DNA of 30,067 nt from a bacterium (GTDB lineage Bacteria > Krumholzibacteriota > Krumholzibacteriia > G020349025), in contig JANLSU010000032.1 of assembly GCA_031362565.1 (NCBI GenBank), positions 1 through 30,067 of the forward strand, in the 5' to 3' direction. Numbering within the stretch: position 1 is the first letter of the stretch; each line of letters opens with the position of its first letter. The notes beneath the pieces were generated by a model. The model was not told the DNA's origin, did not search any database, and saw nothing but the letters and a program-made list of their open reading frames with translations. Below are positions 1 through 9,700 of this stretch, one piece after another. A program made the translations under genes and the position numbers.

Positions 1-936
1 GAAGTGTTCAGCGTTCATACCGGCCAAAAGCTCCATCGCATAGTAAAAAGTCCCATCGGCGCTGGTGCCGAAGTCGAACAGGTTGACCGTATGTGGCGAG
101 CGGAGATTCGCCGTGACTTGTGCTTCGCGGGTAAACCGCTGTACGACAGCATCCTGTTCCTCGGCCGCGCAGCGGAGCCGCTCGGGAAGGATGAGCTTGA
201 TTGCGGCTGGACGCGCCAAGAGCAAATGCCTCGCTTTCCACACCTCGCCCATGCCGCCCTGCCCCAAACGTTCGAGCAGCTGGTAGCTGCCGACTTGACG
301 CGCCGCGGCAACGCGCAGCCCGGCGCCATGGATGGTGCGCGACCCGACGATTGCGATCGCGACGGCAATCGCCCCCGACAGACAACTGGTCCAATAGTCC
401 GTTGGCTGGATCTCGATGGCGCCGAGCGAGCTGAGCAGCGCAAACGCCGCCGGGACGGTCGCGGCGCAGGCCAAAGAGACCGAGCAAGTGACGAGCGGTG
501 ACGCGGGCACGAGAAGCGGAAACAAAATGATGACCGGCACCACCCACGTGAGCGAGGGCACGTGACCCGTGCGCGTAAACCCGACCCACGGCGAATCGAT
601 GGAAATGATCGCCGAGACGACGATTTCTCCGGCGAGTGCGATGGCCAGAACAGTATGATCCTGAATCCGCGGGACAAGACTCGCCAGCAGTACGAGACCG
701 CACACGGCGATTCCCAGCACGTAGATCGCGCTGTCGATGCGTTGTTCGAACGCGCTCGGGTTCGCCAGGCCGGCCATGCCAAAGACGAAGAACGTCACGA
801 ACACGAGAACGCCGATCGCACCCGCGACCCGTACCCGGCGCCGGCCCTCGCGCACGATCTCGCGCGGTAACTCCAGACGGTGTGCCGCCTCAGCGCTCAG
901 CGTCGCCAGCAACCGCTCGGGGACGAGTGCAGGCAC
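1..936 (-). CDS. Hanks-type Ser/Thr protein kinase with N-terminal multi-pass membrane domain (partial, runs off left edge)
   Basis: Absent from the ORF track because its stop lies outside the window. Hand translation of the minus strand gives GTG at 936 (GGAGG just upstream, in-frame TAG at 958-960), several hydrophobic helices, then GSYQLLERLGQGGMGEVWKARH...AAIKLI...RFTREAQ...FYYAMELL. Confidence 0.9.
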   Translation of the reverse strand, partial: MPALVPERLLATLSAEAAHRLELPREIVREGRRRVRVAGAIGVLVFVTFFVFGMAGLANPSAFEQRIDSAIYVLGIAVCGLVLLASLVPRIQDHTVLAIALAGEIVVSAIISIDSPWVGFTRTGHVPSLTWVVPVIILFPLLVPASPLVTCSVSLACAATVPAAFALLSSLGAIEIQPTDYWTSCLSGAIAVAIAIVGSRTIHGAGLRVAAARQVGSYQLLERLGQGGMGEVWKARHLLLARPAAIKLILPERLRCAAEEQDAVVQRFTREAQVTANLRSPHTVNLFDFGTSADGTFYYAMELLAGMNAEHF

Positions 937-1090
937 AGAACCTCCGGCGCATGCCAGCTAGGAACCCCCGCCGCGGTGCGGAAGTGCCAAGGGGTCGATG
1001 ACGAGTCTGCTATAGTGTAGACATCGGCGTTCAAAAATGACATGGGAGCGTCGCGGCGCGGCCGCGAGCTCGTATGCAGTTTGAATTGTC

Positions 1091-2131
1091 ATGCCGGACC
1101 CATTCGACCAGAAGCCATCGGACTCCGATACACGCGAGGTCATTCTCGGGCGCTACCGCATCGACAAACGGCTCGGGCATGGTGGCATGGGCGAAGTCCG
1201 CTTGGCGTACGACGAATTGCTCGGCCGTCCGGTGGCACTCAAACGCCTGCGTGCCGACGGTACCGATGCCGCCATCCACCGCGACACCATCCTGCGCGAA
1301 GCACGGCGCGCCAGTCACATTAGCGACCGGCGAATCGCCGCCATCTACGATGTCGTGGAACATGGTGACGACGTCCTGCTCGTCATGGAATACATTCCCG
1401 GGCTCAATTTCCGCCAACGCATGAAAGACTCGATCTCGCTCGACGAGTTCTGGGACCTCGCGACCCAGTCGGCCGAAGCACTTGCGGTGGCCCACGACCA
1501 CGGCATTATTCACCGCGACATCAAACCCGAGAATCTGATGTTGACGCCGAACCGGCAGGTGAAGGTGCTGGATTTCGGCATCGCCAAAGCGATCACGTCC
1601 TCCGGCGAAACGGCGACGACGCGCGCCGCCGGCCTCGTGGTGGCCGGCACACCGCAGTACATGTCGCCGGAAGCGCACCTGGGCCAGCACATCGACGCAC
1701 GCACGGACATCTTTTCGCTCGGTGTCGTGTTCTATGAATTGCTCACGTCGCGGCGCCCGTTCGAGGGTGCAACCTACGCGGCGGTCGCCGACAAGGTGTT
1801 ACACACGGAACCCAAGCCGGTGATCGAGATCGCGCCCGCGTGCGGCAGTGCGCTTTCGCAACTCGTCGCGCGGATGATGGCCAAGGACAAGGACGAGCGC
1901 GTCGCTTCGGCCGCGGAACTCATGCACGAGTTGGAACAAGCGCGGGCGGCGACCGGACAGCCGGGCGTTGGTGACAGCACGGCGCCAGCGGCAGGGCAAC
2001 TCCCGGCGGCAGGCAGCCAGCGCAAAGCACCGGATGCACTGCCCGGGCGGCGCTCGGCTGCACGCCGGAAAAGCGTGAAGTTGGACCCAATCATCGTAGT
2101 GGAGGAGCCGCCGACGATTCCGAAGCCATAA
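1091..2131 (+). CDS. Hanks-type Ser/Thr protein kinase with short low-complexity C-terminal tail
   Basis: GHGGMG loop, VALK, HRDIKPEN, DFG, GTPQYMSPE and DIFSLG motifs; no TM segment. Confidence 0.93.
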   Translation: MPDPFDQKPSDSDTREVILGRYRIDKRLGHGGMGEVRLAYDELLGRPVALKRLRADGTDAAIHRDTILREARRASHISDRRIAAIYDVVEHGDDVLLVMEYIPGLNFRQRMKDSISLDEFWDLATQSAEALAVAHDHGIIHRDIKPENLMLTPNRQVKVLDFGIAKAITSSGETATTRAAGLVVAGTPQYMSPEAHLGQHIDARTDIFSLGVVFYELLTSRRPFEGATYAAVADKVLHTEPKPVIEIAPACGSALSQLVARMMAKDKDERVASAAELMHELEQARAATGQPGVGDSTAPAAGQLPAAGSQRKAPDALPGRRSAARRKSVKLDPIIVVEEPPTIPKP

Positions 2132-2187
2132 CCGTTGGCCCGAATCACCGGCCAATAGCGTCGCCCAGGACCTGATCCCGGGCGATG

Positions 2188-3396
2188 TTACAAGAGTTGG
2201 GACAGAAACGTCCTTGCTGGAACCACGACTGGACCTCGTGGCTTCGCGAAGCAATCTGCATCAACGTAGTCGGCGTCGATGACGACCTGAAACGCAAAGG
2301 GTGCCTTGGTTTGATTCTGGTAGTAGTGAAGCGCGCCGCTGATCGATTGCTCGCGCATTTTTACTTCCGCGAGAAACCAGGGCTTGCCGTCACGTACGAC
2401 CACGAAGTCGGTTTCGCGTTTTTCCTTGTCGCGCAGGTAGGCGAGTTCAAATTTGCCGAGTCCCATGTCGTTCCAGCCGTCCACGGCCTTGAGAAGGTGA
2501 CAGCCGACAAAGGTCTCCGCCTTATCGCCGAGATCTTCGATGGAGGCCCAGTCGCGCAAGAACCATTTGGGTTCCTTACGCAACGACCGGGAAACGTTCT
2601 TGAACCATGGACGGATCAAGAAACCAAGATGCAGATCGCGCAGGACATCCACCCACCGGCGGATTGTATCGACCGAAACACGCACGTCACTCGCCAGGTT
2701 GCCATAAATGAGCTGGCGCGCGGATCGATTGACCAGAAGGTTCACCAACGACTCAATCTGATCGATTTGTTGAATCTGAGTCAGGTCCCGAATATCTTCA
2801 CGCGTGAGTTGCTCCATGCGCAGTGATTGCCAACGGCGGCTGAAGCGCGCATCGCGTTTGAGAAATGGTTCCGGATACCCACCGTGGGACCAAAGGGCAT
2901 CGAACTCTGCCGCCGCGATCTTCTTCGGGGGCCGAACGATCTGCTTCGTGCCGGGGAGCTCCAGAACCATTGTCTCGGCGACCGTGAATGGGTGCATCCG
3001 GTAAAGGAAATAGCGTCCCATCAGGCTGTCGCCCCCACGCCGGTACGCATCCATGCGGCTACTGCCCGTGACGATGATTCGAACCTGCTCTGCATGGGTA
3101 TCAAACATACCCTTCAGAAGTTGCTTCCAACGCGGGTACTTGTGCAGCTCGTCGAAAAGAAGGGTAGGCACGGTCTTGGACAAGCGCTGCAATTGGAACC
3201 GTTCGAGTAGCTTCGCAGGCCCCGCAAGAATCACCTCGCGATCATCGAGGTTGTCCCAGTTGGCGTAGTGGTCGGCGTGGTTCCGGCAGGTGGTCGTTTT
3301 TCCCACCTGTCGAGGCCCGCTAACGAGTGCCATCTGGCGGTTGGAAGCCAAGTGCTCCGCCAGCATGGTGTCATAGAGGCGTTGTTTCATTTTCAT
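2188..3396 (-). CDS. AAA+ ATPase (AAA_14-like) with C-terminal DUF4143 domain
   Basis: Walker A GPRQVGKTT, Walker B LLFDE, VTGSS, GGYP, and C-terminal E.DF...AEVK (PD-(D/E)XK-like) motif. Confidence 0.9.
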   Translation of the reverse strand: MKMKQRLYDTMLAEHLASNRQMALVSGPRQVGKTTTCRNHADHYANWDNLDDREVILAGPAKLLERFQLQRLSKTVPTLLFDELHKYPRWKQLLKGMFDTHAEQVRIIVTGSSRMDAYRRGGDSLMGRYFLYRMHPFTVAETMVLELPGTKQIVRPPKKIAAAEFDALWSHGGYPEPFLKRDARFSRRWQSLRMEQLTREDIRDLTQIQQIDQIESLVNLLVNRSARQLIYGNLASDVRVSVDTIRRWVDVLRDLHLGFLIRPWFKNVSRSLRKEPKWFLRDWASIEDLGDKAETFVGCHLLKAVDGWNDMGLGKFELAYLRDKEKRETDFVVVRDGKPWFLAEVKMREQSISGALHYYQNQTKAPFAFQVVIDADYVDADCFAKPRGPVVVPARTFLSQLL

Positions 3397-3462
3397 GTCT
3401 GACTATTATCACCAGCATCGTAGAATAGTCAAGACCATTTTACGACCCATCGTATTTTGGTC
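3397..3462 (-). promoter_or_regulatory. Putative sigma70 promoter with dyad operator-like sequences, near-leaderless
   Basis: Minus strand TTGACT (3432-3427)-N16-GATAAT (3410-3405), 8 nt before the ATG. Inverted repeat TGACTATT (3400-3407)/AATAGTCA (3424-3431). Second imperfect dyad at 3433-3462. Confidence 0.5.
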
Positions 3463-3586
3463 GGATCCTGGAAGGCCTTTCTGAGGGCTTCTGGCGGCCT
3501 GGGGTGCCTTCGTTCCGTAACCTGTGCGGCGTGACGGTGGTATCCAGGGCAGCGTCGTTTCTGGCCGTCGGGCCGCCCTGTCCTGA

Positions 3587-4507
3587 ATGCGAGGCACCAT
3601 CATGCAGCTCGATCGGACCTGCGCTTCGAAGCCGTTCTCGTTTCGAATGTTGGCCATGGGGGCAGGGCTCGCCTGTGGGCTGGCGATCGGGTCGTGGTCC
3701 AGCGACGCGGGCGCAGCGCACCGGAGAGAGCGGCGGGACTGGACCCTCGAGACCACCTCGAAGCCGGATCACTACGAACTCTCTCTGAGCGAGATTGCCG
3801 GCGGCTCGGTCTGGGCCAATTCGCGGCCGGTTTCCCGCTCTCGGATCCTTGGACTGGGTGCCGGCGGTCTCTCGGCCGACCAAGACAACGTCACGCTGCG
3901 ATTCAAGCGCGACGCAGGTACCATCGTCGCCACCGGTGCGATTCGCGATGAACGCGGTGAAGGCACATTCGAGATCGAACTGGATCCGGCGTACGCGGAA
4001 GAACTCGTGCGCCAGGGTATCGGCCGCCCGACGCCCGAACAGCAACGCCGCCTCCTGCATGCCGACGTTCCGCTGACTTTTCTGGAAGACCTGAAGTCCT
4101 ACGGATATCCGCTTCCGCCGATCGACCTGCTGGTTCGCTGCGCCGATCACGGTGTCGACCAGGAGTTCGTGCGTGAATTGGCCGGCGCCGGCTACCGGCT
4201 CTTGGAAATCGAGTCGCTCATCGAGCTCCGCGATCACGGCGTCGACGGGGAATTCATCGACGGCCTTGCGGCAGCAGGGTTCAAGAAACTCCCGATCGAA
4301 GAACTCGTGGAGGCGCGCGATCACGGCGTGGATCCGGAATACTTGGCGGAGATGCGGGCGGCTGGCTTCGATCACCTGACATTGCCGGAGGCCATTCGGG
4401 CCCGCGATCACGGCGTCGACGGGGCCTTCGCAAAGAAATTTCACCGCCGCGAAGGCCGTACCGGTTCATTGGACGAACTCATTCACGCCCGCGATATCGG
4501 TGGCTGA
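3587..4507 (+). CDS. Exported hypothetical protein with 29-aa DHGVD helical repeats
   Basis: Signal-like hydrophobic stretch (MLAMGAGLACGLAIGSW), so the true start may be a later Met; four DHGVD repeats. Confidence 0.8.
   Translation: MRGTIMQLDRTCASKPFSFRMLAMGAGLACGLAIGSWSSDAGAAHRRERRDWTLETTSKPDHYELSLSEIAGGSVWANSRPVSRSRILGLGAGGLSADQDNVTLRFKRDAGTIVATGAIRDERGEGTFEIELDPAYAEELVRQGIGRPTPEQQRRLLHADVPLTFLEDLKSYGYPLPPIDLLVRCADHGVDQEFVRELAGAGYRLLEIESLIELRDHGVDGEFIDGLAAAGFKKLPIEELVEARDHGVDPEYLAEMRAAGFDHLTLPEAIRARDHGVDGAFAKKFHRREGRTGSLDELIHARDIGG
4145..4420 (+). repeat. Intragenic tandem repeat, 87-bp (29-aa) period
   Basis: GATCACGG(T/C)GT..A motif starts at 4145, 4232, 4319 and 4406. Confidence 0.85.
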
Positions 4508-4528
4508 GACGCGGCGCAATCGGCATGG

Positions 4529-5785
4529 TTATGAACCAGCGGTGTCTTGCAAGCGCCGCTCGAGAAAACGACGCTCCGCAGCCTGCGGGGTCAACTCGAG
4601 AGCCCGGGTGTAGGCGGCAATCGCCTCGTCCCGCCGCCCGAGCCGGCGGCACAGGTCGGCGCGCGCGGCGTGCGCCAGGTGATAGTCGGCGAGTTCTCCA
4701 CGCGCGAGGATCGCATCGACCAGCGTGAGCCCAGCCTCGGGGCCATCGCACATTGCGATCGCAACGGCACGATTGAGTTCCACGACGGGCGAGGATTCGA
4801 TCCGCAACAGCAAATCGTAAAGTCCAACGATCTGCCGCCAGTCCGTCGCGCCGGCATCCGACGCCTCGGCATGCACTGCGGCGATCGCCGCCTGCAGCGC
4901 ATACGGGCCGATTGGCCGCTTTGCGAGTGCCTGCTCGACGAGCTTCAACCCCTCGGCAATTTGCGGCCGATCCCACCGTCTGCGATCCTGGTCATCGAGC
5001 AGGATCAGCTCACCCGCGTCCGATGTGCGCGCCGCACGGCGTGCGTCGTGCAGAAGCATGAGCGCCAGCAAACCGATGGCCTCCGGTTCGGGCAGTAGTT
5101 CGATCATCAAGCGGCCGAGTCGGATCGCTTCGGCCGACAAGTCGCTGCGCGTGAGAGCTTCGCCGCTCGAGGTCAAATAGCCTTCGTTGAACACCAAGTA
5201 GATGACATGCAGGACCGTGTCGAGGCGTGCCGGCAGCTCGGTGCGCGACGGCACCTGGTAGGGAATGCCGGCATCGCGGATCTTCGTCTTGGCGCGGACG
5301 ATCCGCTGCGCGAGCGTCGGTGCTGGCACCAAGAACGCCCGCGCGATGCTTTCGGTTTCGAGGCCGCACACCTCGCGCAGCGTCAATGCCACCCGCGCGT
5401 CGGCGCCGAGTGCCGGGTGGCAGCAGGTGAAAATGAGCCGCAGCCGGTCGTCTTCGATGTCTTCGTCTCGGCTGTCGATCGCCGGGGCTACGCTCGCCTC
5501 GATTCGTGCCGCAACACTCTCGAGCAACGCGTCGAACCGGGCACCGCGCCGCAGCCGGTCGATCGACTTGAAGCGCCCGGTCGATACGAGCCAGGCGCGC
5601 GGGTTGCGCGGCATGCCGTCGCGCGGCCAGGTCTCGAGTGCCGCGACAAAGGCATCGTGCATCGCCTCCTCGGCGAGGTCAAAATCGCCGAGGAGGCGGA
5701 TGAGCGTCGCCAGCACACGCCGCGAGTCGCTGCGATAGATCGCTTCAATCGCATCGCGCCCGTGCGGCACCGGATCGTCAGTCAT
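4529..5785 (-). CDS. ECF sigma factor, ECF42-like (long C-terminal TPR-containing extension)
   Basis: LGDFDLAEEA, PRAWL, DDRLRLIFTCCHPAL, VIYLVFNEGY, GPYALQAAIAA and TPR-like tail; overlaps upstream YciI gene. Confidence 0.92.
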   Translation of the reverse strand: MTDDPVPHGRDAIEAIYRSDSRRVLATLIRLLGDFDLAEEAMHDAFVAALETWPRDGMPRNPRAWLVSTGRFKSIDRLRRGARFDALLESVAARIEASVAPAIDSRDEDIEDDRLRLIFTCCHPALGADARVALTLREVCGLETESIARAFLVPAPTLAQRIVRAKTKIRDAGIPYQVPSRTELPARLDTVLHVIYLVFNEGYLTSSGEALTRSDLSAEAIRLGRLMIELLPEPEAIGLLALMLLHDARRAARTSDAGELILLDDQDRRRWDRPQIAEGLKLVEQALAKRPIGPYALQAAIAAVHAEASDAGATDWRQIVGLYDLLLRIESSPVVELNRAVAIAMCDGPEAGLTLVDAILARGELADYHLAHAARADLCRRLGRRDEAIAAYTRALELTPQAAERRFLERRLQDTAGS

Positions 5786-6128
5786 GAGACACGATCGGCC
5801 GCACTTCGATCGAGCCGTAGCGCGCCGCAGGAATGCGCGATGCCACCTGGATGGCGTCGTTCAAGTCCCGCGCCTCGATCAGGTAGTAGCCCCCGAGCTG
5901 CTCCTTGGTTTCGGCGAACGGTCCGTCGGTCGTCGAAACCTTGCCGTTGCGGATGCGGAGCGTCGTCGCGGCGTCGGTATTCTGCAGTTGGAAGCCGCCG
6001 AGCCAATGGCCGCTCGATTTGATGCTGGCGGTGAAGGCACCGAACTCGGCCATCATGGTATCGCTCTCCGACTTTGGCATCGTTCCCCAATGGCTCTCTT
6101 CACCGTAGATCAGGCACAGGTACTTCAT
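5778..6128 (-). CDS. YciI-family / DGPF-domain protein
   Basis: MKYLCLIY start, TDGPFAETKEQLGGYYLIE motif, GSIEVRP end. Confidence 0.93.
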   Translation of the reverse strand: MKYLCLIYGEESHWGTMPKSESDTMMAEFGAFTASIKSSGHWLGGFQLQNTDAATTLRIRNGKVSTTDGPFAETKEQLGGYYLIEARDLNDAIQVASRIPAARYGSIEVRPIVSHD

Positions 6129-6176
6129 GGCGTTCTCTCCAGAAAAGGGGTGTAGATCCTTGGCTCTCGACAGATA

Positions 6177-6203
6177 GTCGAACGGGACCCGCCGAAATCG
6201 ACA
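6177..6203 (-). promoter_or_regulatory. Putative ECF42 target promoter (autoregulatory)
   Basis: Minus strand TGTCGA-N17-CGAC upstream of the DGPF gene; matches the ECF42 consensus as I recall it (TGTCGA / CG(A/T)C). Confidence 0.65.
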
Positions 6204-6701
6204 GCGTTCTCGACGCCCCCCGGGTGCAATCTAAAATGGAAGTGCGCCGCGACGCCAGGCGGCGCCACCCCCCGGCCCGGGGCCCACCACGCCGTTGCCG
6301 GGGTGGGGAAGACCACCCGGACCGGCGCCAAATCGGCGCGCGTCGATCGCTTCGTAGATTTCCCACGCGCCCTGCGTGATGCCCGGTTGCGTCTCGTGAC
6401 GTCGCGCGCCCTGGCGTCTGCGGTGCGATCGGGCGCCGGCCGTTCACCTTGGACAACGCGGAACCGCGACGATGATCACGCTATCTCTGGAGTTGGTGAG
6501 ACGGTTTGCGTTATAATTTTGCGAGCACACGATCGTTTGCGGTGGCACTGCCATCGCACCTCGTTCGGACCGAGCCCACCGTCACAATAGAGGCATTCCT
6601 CGCCCCGCGCCCGTGCGAGCTCGGCACATTGTTGTTTGTTCGCTAAGCATCGACTCCGAAGTCATTGCCGTCACACCGCGATTGCTCTCAAGGATGGACC
6701 C

Positions 6702-9700
6702 ATGTCGAAGTGGAATGGTGGGCGTTCGGACCAGGGCATGAGGCCGGGTCGGCGCCACAAAGCCCGCATCGGGCGTTGGATTGCGCTGGCGGGATTGTTT
6801 GCGACCAGCATCACGGCCATACCCTGCGCCTGGGCGGGTGCTGGGTCGGCGCGTCCGATCGACCGTGACGCGCTCACGCCGGCGGAGCGGCAGAAACTGA
6901 ATGGGATCGCGGCCGCTGCCCCCAACGACCTGCTTGACGCCGGGTTCGACATGTTCGCAACCGCGTCCGGCAGCACCGGCGAAAAACCGCAATCCAAGAT
7001 CTGGTACCACGACGGCTCGTATTGGGGCGCGTTCCGTGGCTCGGACGGCGTTGCGATCTATGAAAAGCAAGGCTCGACCTGGGTTCACGGCACATTCGCG
7101 AACGCCCTGCTGTCGACGGGTGGCCACGCCGACGTGAAGTGGACCGGCACGAACCTCTATGTGCTCGTCTACAACACCACCTGCAATGTGTTCGAGTTCA
7201 CGTACAACAGCGCGGCGCGGACCTGGACTCGGACGAGCGGATTCCCGGTCAAGGTGCCCAACCCCGCGGGCTCGGAAACCATGGTGCTCGAGTCGGATTC
7301 GACGGGCCGGCTATGGCTCGTGGCTGAGGGCGGCGGCAATATCAACGCCTACTACACGACGAGCGCCGACCGCAAGACGTGGGCGACCACACCCGTCATG
7401 CTGCAGACCGGCGTCGGTGCCGATGACATCTGCTCGATTGTCGCCTTTGGCGGCAACAAAGTCGGAGTCTTCTGGTCGGATCAGAATCGCGATGACTTCG
7501 GATTCCGCATCCATACCGATGGCGATTCGCCCGCGACGTGGGCAACGAAAGAACTGGTGGATCAAGGCTCCGGGCACGCCGACGACCATCTCAATCTCGC
7601 GTACGATTCGAGTGGCCGCGTGTTTGCGATCACCAAGGACGCCTCCGATCGCATGACTGTGCACCGGCGTAACACCAACGGCAGTTGGTCTCACGTCACG
7701 GACGTTGTGGGCGGGAACGCGACCCGCGGTATCATCATGGTGTCGGAGTCGGATTCCAAGCTCTACATCTTATACACGCGTTGGGGTGTGTCACCGGAAC
7801 GCATCGAGTACCGGGTCGCCGACATCAACATCATGGCCTTCGGCGGCACGGTGCAGTTCATTACTTCGTCCGCCAACTTGAACAACGTCACGGGCATGAA
7901 ACAGATTCTGCCGCCCGGCAGCTTGTGCGCCGCGGCCGAAAACGGCAGCCATTTGCTGTACAACAGCTTCGGCAGTCCGCCGCCGGGCAGCAACCCGCCG
8001 CCACCGCCGCCCACGCCGCCGGTTGCACCCGCGAACGTCTTGGCGTCGTTGCTCAACGGCACACAAATTCACATCACCTGGACCGCGGCCGCGGGCACGA
8101 TCGACGGCTACAATATCTACCGGCAGTTGGACGGCGGCAGTCTGACCAAAATCAACGCCGCCCTGGTCGCGACGCTCAATTTCACCGACACTGCACCGCC
8201 GACGGGGAATCTGTGTTATCTGGTCCGCTCGCAGCGGAATGGCTTGGAGAGCATTTCGTCCACGGCTTCGTGCCTGGCGTACGCTCCGCCGCCGCCGCCA
8301 CCGCCCGCGTCGCCCACGAACGTGCTGGCGTCGTTGTTCAACAGCACGCAGATCCAAGTCACTTGGACCGCTGCCACGGGCACGATCGACGGCTATAACG
8401 TTTACCGGCAGTTGGACGGCGGCAGTTTCGCCAAAATCAACGCCGCGTTGATCACCCTCCTGGCTTTTACCGATACGGCGCCGGCGACCGGCAACCTCTG
8501 TTATCAGATCCGCTCGCAGCGGAACGGACTGGAAAGTGCATCCTCCGGGGCCTCGTGCTTGTCGTATGCGCCACCGCCTCCGCCGCCGGTTCCGCCGACG
8601 GACGTCGTGGCGTCGCTGTTCAATAGCACAGAGATCGAAGTCACGTGGACGGCGGCCACAGGCACGATCGACGGCTACGACATCTATCGGCAGTTGGATG
8701 GTGGCAGCTTCACCAAGATCAACGGTGCTTTGGTGACGTTGCTCACCTTTACGGACTCGGCACCGCCGACCGGCAACCTTTGCTATCAAGTCCGGTCGCA
8801 GCGCAATAGTCTCGAGAGCACGCCATCCGCGGCTTCATGCCTGGCGTTCGCACCGCCTCCGCCGCCACCACCCCCGCCGCCGGCTGCGCCGACAGACGTT
8901 TTGGCGTCGTTGTTGAACGGCACGCAGATTCAAATCGGTTGGACGGCGGCCGCGGGCACGATCGATGGCTACAACATCTATCGGCAACTCGACGGCGGTG
9001 GTTTCGCCAAGATTAACGCCGCCCTGATTGCCGCGCTCGACTTCACGGACCCGGCGCCGCCGACCGGGAACGTGTGCTACGACGTGCGCTCACAGCAAGG
9101 CACCATGGAGAGCGGGCCGTCGACGGCCTTCTGCCTGGACTTCGCACCACCGCCGCCACCCCCGCCACCGGCTGCACCGACGGACATTCTGGCGTCGTTG
9201 TTGAACGGCACGCAGATTCACGTCACGTGGACGGCAGCCGCGGGCACGATCGACGGCTACAACATCTACCGGCAACTGGACGGCGGTAGTTTCGCCAAGA
9301 TCAACGGCGCCTTGATTGCGGCGCTCGACTTCACGGACCCGGCGCCGCCGACCGGGAACGTGTGCTACGACGTACGCTCACTGCAAGGCCCCTCGGAGAG
9401 CGGGCCGTCGACGGCGTCCTGCTTGGACTTCGCGCCCCCGCCGCCACCCCCGCCACCGGCTGCACCGACGGACATTCTGGCGTCGTTGTTGAACGGCACG
9501 CAGATTCAAGTCATGTGGACGGCGGCCGCGGGCACGATTGACGGCTACAACATCTATCGACAGTTGGACGGCGGTAGCTTCGACAAGATCAACGGCTCTT
9601 TGATTGCGGCGCTCGACTTCACGGACCCGGCGCCGCCGACCGGGAACGTGTGCTACGACGTGCGCGCGCAGCAAGGCGTTTTGGAGAGCGGACCCTCGAC

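Noticed and set aside
4..870. ORF-track entries 4-501+, 8-703-, 15-782- and 562-870+
   Set aside because: Shadows of the true minus-strand kinase frame, which lacks a stop inside the window
6240..6700. GC-rich hairpins and a TATAAT hexamer upstream of the large gene
   Set aside because: No matching -35 or recognisable RNA motif; such pairing is expected by chance at this GC content
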